Of a stretch of 41,894 nucleotides of DNA, positions 29,378-37,671 are shown one piece after another; position 1 is the first letter of the stretch, and every line of letters starts with the position of its first letter. The notes below the pieces were generated by a model that was not told the DNA's origin, did not search any database, and saw nothing but the letters and a program-made list of their open reading frames with translations. Position numbers and translations under genes: made by a program. The DNA is from an uncultured Nitrososphaerota archaeon (GTDB lineage Archaea > Asgardarchaeota > Njordarchaeia > Njordarchaeales > Panguiarchaeaceae), in the NCBI GenBank assembly GCA_964636085.1, contig CAZWPQ010000001.1:137437-179330 (forward strand). Direction: 5' to 3'.

Positions 29378-29462
29378 TTTTTCGACCTAACTTCTGAACC
29401 AATTAACTAATCACAAAAGATTATTGAAATAATAATTTGTCTATAATGGGCCAAGTGAAAAT

Positions 29463-30680
29463 GTGATTCTTATGGTCGAATATTTGGATGAAACTATTCG
29501 ATTCAGGAATCTGATACTTCGAAGGATTAGAGAAGGAGTGACCAAATATTGGGTGCCTGACCCCCATATTTATTCGTCTCCTGGCAGGTATGCTCCAGCA
29601 GATTTGCCTGTATTTTACAACCCGCTCATGGAGATAAATAGGGATCTCTCCCTTTTAGCCATAGCCACATATTCAGAATTATTCGACGTTCCATTAGAAT
29701 ACCTTTGCTATGTTGAGGCTCTTGCTGGATCAGGTATTAGGGGCTTCAGAGCCTTAAACGAACTTGGGGGCCTGGATGTTGTTGTTAATGATATAAATCC
29801 TACGTGCATAAAACTTATATACTTTAACTCTAGGTTCTTTCCCAGCGATATACGCTCACGTGTCATCATTTTTAATTATGACGCAAATTACCTCCTTTCT
29901 AGCTTGAGGTTTTTGAATAGACAAATCGACATCATAGACATAGACCCTTTTGGTAGCCCAGCACCATTTATTGATTCTGCCTTGAGGGCCATCAAGAAAA
30001 AAAATGGATTACTCCTCGTCACAGCAACTGATACAGCCCCACTAATAGGAAAATTTGAGAACTCATCCCTAAGAAAATATGGCGTTATGCTACAAATGTC
30101 AAATTTTTGCAATGAGATCGGCGTACGGGCACTGATCTATTATATTCATAGAGTAGCCACCAAATATCGTATCGGGCTCAAACCAATCTTTGGCTTTTTC
30201 CTCAGAAACTTCATTAAGGTTGGGTTTCTATCAATACCTGGTAGAAAGACTGCCGATGCTTTCTGGAGGATGGTGGGGTGGATAGCGATAGAGGACGACT
30301 TTGAATTTGAAATTTTGCCTCTTAAATCTCCCAAAAGAGGAAAAAAAAGCCTAATTGGGCCCCTCTGGATAGGGGCGATCTATGATATGGAATTCATAAA
30401 AATTGCCACTAAAAAAGCACTAGTATTGCCCTTTGACAAAAGCTCTAAAAGAGAATTAGCGAAATGGTTACCATCAATAATTTCAACCATCAATATCCCA
30501 TTCTACTATAACCTAGAGAAAATAGCTAGTCTCTTGAGAAAACCATCACCAAAGGTCGAATCCGTTATCAAAGTATTAAGACAACACGGCTTTATAGCAG
30601 AAAGAACACATTTTGATCATAAGGCTATAAAAACAAATGCGCCCTATGAAAAAATTGTCGAGATTCTAAAAGAGTTTTAG
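29463..30680 (+). CDS. trm1: tRNA (guanine-26-N2)-dimethyltransferase
   Basis: VFYNP.M..NRD, SGIRG.R, IDPFGSP, TATDTA, GPLW.G, RTHF...KTNA. Confidence 0.95.
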   Translation: MILMVEYLDETIRFRNLILRRIREGVTKYWVPDPHIYSSPGRYAPADLPVFYNPLMEINRDLSLLAIATYSELFDVPLEYLCYVEALAGSGIRGFRALNELGGLDVVVNDINPTCIKLIYFNSRFFPSDIRSRVIIFNYDANYLLSSLRFLNRQIDIIDIDPFGSPAPFIDSALRAIKKKNGLLLVTATDTAPLIGKFENSSLRKYGVMLQMSNFCNEIGVRALIYYIHRVATKYRIGLKPIFGFFLRNFIKVGFLSIPGRKTADAFWRMVGWIAIEDDFEFEILPLKSPKRGKKSLIGPLWIGAIYDMEFIKIATKKALVLPFDKSSKRELAKWLPSIISTINIPFYYNLEKIASLLRKPSPKVESVIKVLRQHGFIAERTHFDHKAIKTNAPYEKIVEILKEF

Positions 30681-30694
30681 GAGATAGTAGGGGC

Positions 30695-30744
30695 TCAGAC
30701 TGCCCATCGCCGATCAGCAACTCACACAAGGCTGAAATCATCAT
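30695..30744 (-). ncRNA. Box C/D guide sRNA 3 (16S h27, possibly h26)
   Basis: Minus strand ATGATGA-TTTCAGCCTTGT-GTGA-G-TTGCTGA-TCGGCGATGGGCAGT-CTGA; first guide complementary to the conserved CAAGGCUGAAA. Confidence 0.85.
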
Positions 30745-30765
30745 CGCTCAATAGCGATACTAGCA

Positions 30766-30999
30766 TCACTCGAATACTTGTATCATCAGTACAGTGGATC
30801 CCCTCAATAATAGGGTGCCCCATTTACGTACGGTCTCGCCCTCTTCATTTAATTCTTTTGCGTCCACAAGCATTATGTTCATTACCTCATCCGTTGAAAT
30901 CACTGTTCCTTCCAATATTGTTCCGTCCTTTAACCACACTTTTATTCTCTTATTAATAGACTTCCGCAATGTAGCGAGAGGCAAATTGGATGACGCCAT
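30766..30999 (-). CDS. Sm-like (Lsm/SmAP) protein
   Basis: V.LKDG..EG...D..MNI.L.DA.E and LLRGS motifs. Confidence 0.93.
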   Translation of the reverse strand: MASSNLPLATLRKSINKRIKVWLKDGTILEGTVISTDEVMNIMLVDAKELNEEGETVRKWGTLLLRGSTVLMIQVFE

Positions 31000-31021
31000 C
31001 TTGTAACCCCAGTAACTCCAT

Positions 31022-31357
31022 TCATCCGAACAATGCAGCTAATCCAGCAAGCGCCTCCTCTTCTTTCTTCTCCTCTTTCTTCTCCTCTTTCTTCTCTTCT
31101 TCTTTTGCCGCTTCTTCAGGTGCCGCTGCTGGTGCAGCAGATGGGGCTACAGTTGCAGTAGGTGCTTGTTTCGCCTGTTGTATTATTTCTTCCAAATTAA
31201 CACTACCCACGGCACTGACAACCGCTTTTATGTAGGCGTCTTCATAGTCGCTAACACCAGCAGCTTGGAGTATATTCTTTATATTATCCTCATTGATTTC
31301 CTTGCCTGCATAATGCAACAACATGACTGCATGGAGTATTGCCATACCCGATACCAT
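31022..31357 (-). CDS. rpl12p: Ribosomal stalk protein P1 (archaeal L12)
   Basis: [11 protein letters not shown], Ala-rich hinge, [13 protein letters not shown]. Confidence 0.96.
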   Translation of the reverse strand: MVSGMAILHAVMLLHYAGKEINEDNIKNILQAAGVSDYEDAYIKAVVSAVGSVNLEEIIQQAKQAPTATVAPSAAPAAAPEEAAKEEEKKEEKKEEKKEEEALAGLAALFG

Positions 31358-31501
31358 GTCAACACACCTTTGCTTCTATCACCAACCCAATATATTAAGC
31401 AAATAGAAATATAAAGGATTACTTCATTTTTTAAACCTTATTCTCCATGTCCTATCTCTGACATATTATCGTGATATTCTTGCCCTTTTTAATGCCGTGT
31501 C

Positions 31502-31522
31502 CACATTTCATATTGAAATGTG
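31502..31522. repeat. Perfect inverted repeat CACATTTCA-TAT-TGAAATGTG at the integrase start
   Basis: 9-bp arms read directly from the sequence. Confidence 0.7.
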
Positions 31523-32488
31523 ACGATGATCTATATGGATGACATCAAGCTTTTAAGATGCGAAAGCGTCGATGACGTATTAAGATGTATTAAAGAGGCA
31601 GACATACTCAGAGAGCAAAAAGATGCAATACTACTATTTATAAATGAACTTAGGATGAAGGGCTTCAGCCCCTTTCGCTTGATGTCTTATGCCTTTACAT
31701 TACTCGAACTCGCACGTTTTTCGAACAAGAGTTTCCATGAACTCCGCGATTTAGACCTCAGGAGTTATGTCTCTTACCTTCTGACCGATAAGAACAATAG
31801 GCATAGTACAATTAAGGAAAAAATGATGAGAATACGTGTTTTTCTCCGTTGGCTACTTAATTTGCCACCCAGAGTAACACCAGAGTCTTTACGTTGGTTC
31901 TTCACAATTAAACCAAAATCAACAAAGGGAAATAAGGCCCTAAAAATCCTAGAGAAGCTAATATCATATGACGAATATCTGCGACTACTAAATTTTGCAA
32001 ATAATCCTAGAGATAAAGCCCTGCTACAATTTATGTACGAAAGTGGCGCCCGAATCCTAGAGATTCTGAAGGTTAAAATTAAGGATCTGCATCTTGACGA
32101 TAGATATGCCATAGTAGGTGAAGGAAAGAGGCTCGTACCCCTCGCCAACTTTGACCATATCAAGAATTGGCTGGAGATTCATCCCAAGAAGGATGACCCC
32201 AACGCCTACATATTCTGCAACCTGAGAGACCCATCAAAACCACTAAGTTATCCCGCAGTACGTAGATTATTGACCAGATTATGCAAAAAGGCCAAAATAA
32301 GTAGAAAAATTACACCACATATGTTCCGGCATTCAAGAGCAACCCTGCTTGCAAAGCACGGTGTATCGCCATACGCAATGAACCAAGTTATGGGCTGGTC
32401 ATCAAGTACAAGAATGTGGCAAGTATATCTCCATATAACCCAGAGAGATGCTCTAGATGAGGTACTGAAGAAGATAGGGGCGAGGTAG
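31520..32488 (+). CDS. Tyrosine recombinase/integrase (Xer-like)
   Basis: YESGAR..E, TPHMFRHSRAT, MGW, C-terminal catalytic Tyr (VYLH). Confidence 0.93.
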   Translation: MTMIYMDDIKLLRCESVDDVLRCIKEADILREQKDAILLFINELRMKGFSPFRLMSYAFTLLELARFSNKSFHELRDLDLRSYVSYLLTDKNNRHSTIKEKMMRIRVFLRWLLNLPPRVTPESLRWFFTIKPKSTKGNKALKILEKLISYDEYLRLLNFANNPRDKALLQFMYESGARILEILKVKIKDLHLDDRYAIVGEGKRLVPLANFDHIKNWLEIHPKKDDPNAYIFCNLRDPSKPLSYPAVRRLLTRLCKKAKISRKITPHMFRHSRATLLAKHGVSPYAMNQVMGWSSSTRMWQVYLHITQRDALDEVLKKIGAR

Positions 32489-32505
32489 ACTACGTTGATC
32501 CACGG

Positions 32506-32967
32506 TTATTGTATTCCAATGGGAGCAACTTCTTTCACTAATTCTTCTCTCATAAGCTTCATTTGTGCTTCTTCGAGCTTCGACAATAGATCATTTATGT
32601 ATGGGATATAACTCTTCACAATAGCTCTAACTGTACCAAGCAATGCTGGCTTTCTCACTTTAATTGCCATTGATGCCTTCTCTAATGGAACCAGCACAAA
32701 TATGTGGTCTCGCGTCTCTAGCAGTACCACCTCCTCGTTTTGGTGAGCTATTTTTAGTTCATCTAGAATAACTTTTAGGCCCTCTCCAATACTCCCGAGC
32801 AATGCGGATAGATCAGATACGGTGCTTTCGTCTATTTTTTCTGGACTATAATAGGATATCGGATGGCCTTCCGAGGTACTAATAATCACTATATCCACGC
32901 TTCCTATCTTAATGCTTATCTCTCTTAGGATCCTCTCTATCCTATCAAATATTTCCTCAACCGACAT
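32506..32967 (-). CDS. Roadblock/LC7 (MglB-like) protein #3
   Basis: ISTSEGHPI, LSAL, VLLET, KPALLG; C-terminal helical extension. Confidence 0.88.
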   Translation of the reverse strand: MSVEEIFDRIERILREISIKIGSVDIVIISTSEGHPISYYSPEKIDESTVSDLSALLGSIGEGLKVILDELKIAHQNEEVVLLETRDHIFVLVPLEKASMAIKVRKPALLGTVRAIVKSYIPYINDLLSKLEEAQMKLMREELVKEVAPIGIQ

Positions 32968-33084
32968 TTAAATAACCACTTATCAATTATTCACACTGAT
33001 AGTTATCAATATTAAATATCCCCAGAATATCTATGTATAGCTAAATTTTTAAAAAGCCACCATTAGGTCTCGCACCAATATTAA

Positions 33085-33167
33085 TGGGCCGGGGCGGACT
33101 CGAACCGCCGACCTTCCCGTCTCCCATCCATGTGAGCGGGACGCCATAGCCACTAGGCCACCGGCCC
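33085..33167 (-). tRNA. tRNA-Val(CAC), 10-nt intron at 37/38 (33121-33130), no encoded CCA
   Basis: GGGCCGG/CCGGCCC acceptor; TCCCG-CT-CAC-A[TGGATGGGAG]A-CGGGA. Confidence 0.9.
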
Positions 33168-33170
33168 AGC

Positions 33171-33275
33171 TGGTGCGGGGGGCGGGATTTGAACCCGCGA
33201 AGGCATACGCCACGGGATCCTAATTTGGGCGCTCAAAGGCGTGTCCCGCCCGTTTGACCACTCCGGAACCCCCGC
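33171..33275 (-). tRNA. tRNA-Leu(UAG), 19-nt intron at 32/33 (33224-33242), encoded CCA
   Basis: GCGGGGG/CCCCCGC acceptor, long variable arm, CGGGA-C[intron]T-TAG-GA-TCCCG. Confidence 0.88.
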
Positions 33276-33370
33276 AAGCAACCTTGAGTTGCTTTCATTT
33301 AATATCTGGGTATACATATCCAACAATAATTCAATTTGTATTAGATTAAAAAAATTTAGATATCGAATAG

Positions 33371-33958
33371 TCACTTAGGTTTATGAATCTCCTCTACCTT
33401 GACTCCACATTTTTTGAAGGATACGAAATTTTCCTCTGGAATAAATATAATTGCTCCTTTCTTTATCCCCTTATAAATCATCAGATCGAATCCAACAAAG
33501 CTACCTATATCTACTAACGAGACACATAACACTCTTTTTCTTTTATCAATAATATTGACATTATCAAGCTTGTACGCATCGATTATGGATGTCATTTTTT
33601 TTGCTATCTCTGTAACATTGGTCATCAGTTTGGTTATTCCTTTTAAAACATATCTCTCCTCTGGCAGTATGTCTCTTGGGAGATCCCTTGTTTCCAGCCA
33701 ATTATACAGCAGTTTAAGTATCCTTTCGCATTTTATATCATTTATCAGATACTCCAATACATGCTCTATACTCTCAAGAATATCCTTTTCTACCCCCGAG
33801 TCTAGTTTGTTTTTCTCTTTTTTTATCTCGTCCAGAACAGCATGCACCATATCCATAAAATTGTAGTCTAGTTTTTGTAGCTTAGGTTCGCTTATCTCGT
33901 TCCGCCAAATGTGTACAACTTTGTATAGAAAATCAATTATTGTTTGCTTTTCCTCCAA
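33371..33958 (-). CDS. GINS subunit (Gins51/Gins15-like)
   Basis: Helical A domain (W.NE...L.KL..NF, ER..KL, LPEE) followed by a beta B domain (D...FVG.D...Y...KG....P..N). Confidence 0.75.
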   Translation of the reverse strand: MEEKQTIIDFLYKVVHIWRNEISEPKLQKLDYNFMDMVHAVLDEIKKEKNKLDSGVEKDILESIEHVLEYLINDIKCERILKLLYNWLETRDLPRDILPEERYVLKGITKLMTNVTEIAKKMTSIIDAYKLDNVNIIDKRKRVLCVSLVDIGSFVGFDLMIYKGIKKGAIIFIPEENFVSFKKCGVKVEEIHKPK

Positions 33959-33970
33959 CTCCTTCCAAAC

Positions 33971-34780
33971 CTATGTTATTCCGAATTCCTCTAATTCTTC
34001 CGTTTCTTCAACTCTACGACGCCTTTCCCTTTCTTCTAAAATGCGTAAAAGCCTCTTAGCCTCGATCTCTTGTACCCTTTCTTCTATTAACGACAATTCT
34101 ATGTTTAACCCGAATACCTTTACTATTCTTTTCGCTAGTTTTAGGGACGCCTTATAATCCAAATATCCTGTCCTAGCAATCGTAGGGGTAAGCAGACTAA
34201 CAGCAGGCACGCCTCTCCTGTCGGCATACATCAGAATTAATGCTATTCCCCCAGACACCACAATTTCTGCTGGCGACTTTTTTATATCCCATACATTCGT
34301 GTTTATATATTTCTCCTCAAAAGCCCTATTACATACATATACCACATCCGCCTTCTCTGCTTCCTTATCGGTTAATGCATTTATGTCTATTCCACCACAT
34401 AGAATTAGGGTAAATCCATTTTCCTTTGCCAATTCGGTTAACTTATCTGCAATTCCAACTTGCATATTAACAGATGGTTGATACCTAAATAATAACACAG
34501 CTGTAGTATCATCAACCATATGCATTTCTATAGGATACTTAAATTTTCCAGTATTATCAACCTCCACGACAGGGGGGAGGGAATATGACCATATTATTGC
34601 GAGCCTCTGAGCCCTGTCTACTGCATATGCTGCATCATACAAGAATTTCGTAGTTAGATAACCACATAGACCCAATCCATAAAATCCAGTAATAACATAC
34701 CTAATTCTGTTCAAAACATCAGGATGCTCTATAATTATATTTACATCGTTTATATCTCCATTATCCAAGTGCTGCACCAA
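33971..34780 (-). CDS. PAC2 / Pba proteasome-assembly-chaperone family
   Basis: ITGFYGLGLCGYL, LPP.V, CGG, G..AL.L, D..A. Confidence 0.85.
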   Translation of the reverse strand: MVQHLDNGDINDVNIIIEHPDVLNRIRYVITGFYGLGLCGYLTTKFLYDAAYAVDRAQRLAIIWSYSLPPVVEVDNTGKFKYPIEMHMVDDTTAVLLFRYQPSVNMQVGIADKLTELAKENGFTLILCGGIDINALTDKEAEKADVVYVCNRAFEEKYINTNVWDIKKSPAEIVVSGGIALILMYADRRGVPAVSLLTPTIARTGYLDYKASLKLAKRIVKVFGLNIELSLIEERVQEIEAKRLLRILEERERRRRVEETEELEEFGIT

Positions 34781-34781
34781 A

Positions 34782-35399
34782 CTATGCTATCTCGAGTTCA
34801 GATAACGCCTTAAGTATGTCCTTCTCTTTCTTTTTCAGTTCCTCAGAACTTACAGGTTTTGTTTCCTCTCCCGATTCCGGAGTCATCTCCGGGATTGGTG
34901 CTTCTACTGCCGATGGGGCCTCCACAGGCGGAGCCTCTGGGATCTCCAGCTTATCTAGTTTCTCCAGATATTGATCTAAATCAAAAAGTTCTTCCCCTGA
35001 TTGCGGAGATGGTGCAGATGTTTCTTCCGATGGTGCCGGAGGTGATGGTGCAGGTGTTTGTGCCTCAGCTGGAGGAGTCACCTCTACAGGCTCTGTGGGC
35101 ATTTCACTAGGTGGCGGTGCTGGTAGCTCTGGTAGTAGTGTATCTAAATCCACCGATACCTCCGAAGGTTGGGGGGTTACTGGCGGTTTTTCGGCTCGTA
35201 TGACCGCTCCCTTCACCTTTTGTTCTATACTAAATATCCTCGCCTTTAATGTATCAACCTCAGACTTGATACCATTTACCGTGGATTCTAGTCTCTTTAT
35301 AGTATTTTTCTGGGCTTTCAATTCTGTCAGTATCGCCCTAAGGTATTTTTTGACTCTACTAACAAATTCGTCAAATGAAATGGATTGTTTTTTTGGCAT
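34782..35399 (-). CDS. Hypothetical protein: coiled coil + Pro/Glu-rich disordered region + C-terminal helix
   Basis: Heptad-like N-terminus and a long P/E/S/A-rich tract; start likely the ATG at 35399. Confidence 0.75.
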   Translation of the reverse strand: MPKKQSISFDEFVSRVKKYLRAILTELKAQKNTIKRLESTVNGIKSEVDTLKARIFSIEQKVKGAVIRAEKPPVTPQPSEVSVDLDTLLPELPAPPPSEMPTEPVEVTPPAEAQTPAPSPPAPSEETSAPSPQSGEELFDLDQYLEKLDKLEIPEAPPVEAPSAVEAPIPEMTPESGEETKPVSSEELKKKEKDILKALSELEIA

Positions 35400-35457
35400 A
35401 ATAACATCCCCATAATTATCAATACTCAAAAGACGAAAATACTATATATAAAAATCC

Positions 35458-35718
35458 CTAAAATCTCTCAAGAATATCCCATATTTTAATGACCAATTTT
35501 ACTGCGAATAAATAATCATTCAAAGTGTTTCTTATGGTCCATATTTTTTTGTTGTTAACATCGACTGCAGTTATTTCATAAAATATCTTATCCTTCCCTT
35601 TATGATGCCTAATCTTTATAAAATCTGGCACGGATTTATCCTCGGGGCATGTGGCTGAATATAACATATGTGGATTTTCAAAGGGGATTTCAACTCTTAT
35701 ATGGATGTTAATACGCAA
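35458..35718 (-). CDS. pcc1: KEOPS subunit Pcc1-like
   Basis: 86 aa, LY....PE, I.A.D, IRNTLNDYL; directly downstream of RecJ as in the conserved archaeal gene order. Confidence 0.75.
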   Translation of the reverse strand: MRINIHIRVEIPFENPHMLYSATCPEDKSVPDFIKIRHHKGKDKIFYEITAVDVNNKKIWTIRNTLNDYLFAVKLVIKIWDILERF

Positions 35719-35723
35719 CTTTG

Positions 35724-37181
35724 TTACCCTTTAAGCTCATCAGCAAATTCTTGAATAAATCTATCAAATTGGTTTTCATGTACATATGCTCCCGCCGCGG
35801 ATTCGTGACCCCCACCTGATATGTTCTCTATTTTCTTTATACATCTTTGCAGGATTTCATGTATATCCTTAATTCTAGCCCTAGATGTTTTTCTTATAGA
35901 GACCTTTATTATATCATTTACACTATATGCGGCTACCATGACAACTTCACATTTGTCGGACAGAAGCGAGGATAAAACACTAGCTATTGTACTCGTTAAT
36001 TCTTCATTAATATTCTTTCCAAGCTCTAAAATGGCGATATTATCAATATATCGAATTTTTTCCTCTACTTGCCTAAGGATATTGGCTATTATTGCACGAT
36101 ATCTGTCATATAACCCAATCAGTTTATCTAACACTTGCCTGTCCGACCTATCCACAATAGATTTTACTGCTAGGTATGGTTTCCTCATTTTTCCACAAGC
36201 ATTAAACAATATTGCTGTATCCCTTGCATACTTTAGGGGCCTTCTTGTCTCATCATTAAATATGTATGTCTCGCCTAGGAGAATATTCTCTACATCATCT
36301 ATAGTAAATTTTCCTGGGTAGCTAGTCATCACAATTTCTATTAATTTTCTCTTGAGGAAGTCCTTCTTTCTATCTGTTAAATCGTCAAGGTAAATATTCT
36401 CAACCTCTTCCTTATCTCTTATTATGCCTATCCTCGTTAGAAAATGAAGCGCACCATCATAACTGCCTGATATCCCTGGTATATTAATGAAATAAATTTC
36501 CGCTAGTAGCCTATACAAGGGTTTTATCCCCCTCCCATAAAGAATAAAATCCTTTTTCTTGAAGACATATCCATTTTTGATGGCTTCTTCTAATATTATT
36601 CTGTTTAACCCTATTAATGATCTATCGGGGCCAATATCCTGTGCATCCCCTATCGCACCAACTATAGCTAGCTTTGACAATTCTTTCACATCTGATATTA
36701 TTTTGGAAAACATATTTGCTATTAAGTAGGATACCCCCGAACTACTAATCTCAACCCCCCCATCTATACCTTGTACTCGAGGATTTGCAACATATATCTT
36801 CACATCACTAGAAACGGCTACACGATTTATATGATGATCTACAATCAATCCGGCGGCGAGCTGAGGCGAATTCTTCATAATTTCAAGAGGCTTATCTGTT
36901 CCTAGGTCGATAAAAATAGCATATCTAGGCTCCATCTCAAGCCATAACCCCTCGAAGTCATCAGGAATTATTTGGGGGAGAAAATTTAGCACAAATGGTC
37001 TATTTAGATGCATTAATAACTTTACAATTATACCCGTCGCCGAGATACCGTCTGCGTCGGAGTGCGAGAATATATATATGGGGCTATCCTGCCCCATTAA
37101 GCTGATTATATAAGCACTTTTCCTTATCTGTTTCATAAATCTGTCTAAAATAACCCCCTCGGAGTGCTCCAGAACCAACAA
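35724..37181 (-). CDS. RecJ-like DHH phosphoesterase (GAN/Cdc45-like)
   Basis: HSDADG, DLG, DHH, GAIGD.Q, KVSIR, GGGH..AAG. Confidence 0.92.
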   Translation of the reverse strand: MLVLEHSEGVILDRFMKQIRKSAYIISLMGQDSPIYIFSHSDADGISATGIIVKLLMHLNRPFVLNFLPQIIPDDFEGLWLEMEPRYAIFIDLGTDKPLEIMKNSPQLAAGLIVDHHINRVAVSSDVKIYVANPRVQGIDGGVEISSSGVSYLIANMFSKIISDVKELSKLAIVGAIGDAQDIGPDRSLIGLNRIILEEAIKNGYVFKKKDFILYGRGIKPLYRLLAEIYFINIPGISGSYDGALHFLTRIGIIRDKEEVENIYLDDLTDRKKDFLKRKLIEIVMTSYPGKFTIDDVENILLGETYIFNDETRRPLKYARDTAILFNACGKMRKPYLAVKSIVDRSDRQVLDKLIGLYDRYRAIIANILRQVEEKIRYIDNIAILELGKNINEELTSTIASVLSSLLSDKCEVVMVAAYSVNDIIKVSIRKTSRARIKDIHEILQRCIKKIENISGGGHESAAGAYVHENQFDRFIQEFADELKG

Positions 37182-37261
37182 ATCACTCTACCAGTTTTTC
37201 CATCTTTTATTGTTTTAATTTCTTGAAATTTATTTTATAGATAGATTACGTGGAGATTTAT

Positions 37262-37603
37262 ATGCCTAAAAAAAAGAAAAAACAGGTAGAGAAGGATATT
37301 AAAATCGAAAATGGAGATCTCTTTGGTCTTGTACTTAGGCTTCTAGGCGGAAGTTGGATTGAGGTTTATTGTAGCGACGATATTGTCCGTAAGGTTAGAA
37401 TTCCACGATCTAAAAGATCTGTGAGAGTAAAAGATAATGATATCATTATCATTAGACCATGGTATGGGATCGATGAAAGTAGAGCTGATCTTAAGGACAA
37501 GCTTAGTCCTAGGCATATAAAGAACCTCCTTCAGACAAAACATAGGGACGCTATAATCAAAATTTTGACTGATGAATTAAAAGAGATTTATGGTATAGAA
37601 TAG
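37262..37603 (+). CDS. eif1a: Translation initiation factor aIF1A (divergent)
   Basis: Basic N-tail, G.V.RLLG...V.C.D...R..RIP, D..I.PW, RAD. Confidence 0.8.
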   Translation: MPKKKKKQVEKDIKIENGDLFGLVLRLLGGSWIEVYCSDDIVRKVRIPRSKRSVRVKDNDIIIIRPWYGIDESRADLKDKLSPRHIKNLLQTKHRDAIIKILTDELKEIYGIE

Positions 37604-37671
37604 GTACTTCTGGAACCCGCTTCTCAATTTCAATTAGAATATTGATTATTAGAGAGCCTGAGGGTTGATAG

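Noticed and set aside
31070-31110. TTCTC-type tandem repeats
   Set aside because: They encode the normal EEKK hinge of stalk protein P1.
31520-33275. Integrated element between the recombinase and the tRNAs
   Set aside because: No att duplication, no cargo or replication genes; the intervening gene is a Roadblock protein.
33153-33374. 73-aa ORF
   Set aside because: It runs through tRNA-Leu.
34782-34850. WH2/thymosin-like LKK motif at the C-terminus of the Pro-rich protein
   Set aside because: The amphipathic helix follows rather than precedes LKK, so it does not fit the motif.
37604-37671. Possible replication origin upstream of cdc6 (GGGTTCCAGAAG on the minus strand)
   Set aside because: Only one partial ORB-like match in a 68-bp gap; no repeated ORBs flanking a DUE.
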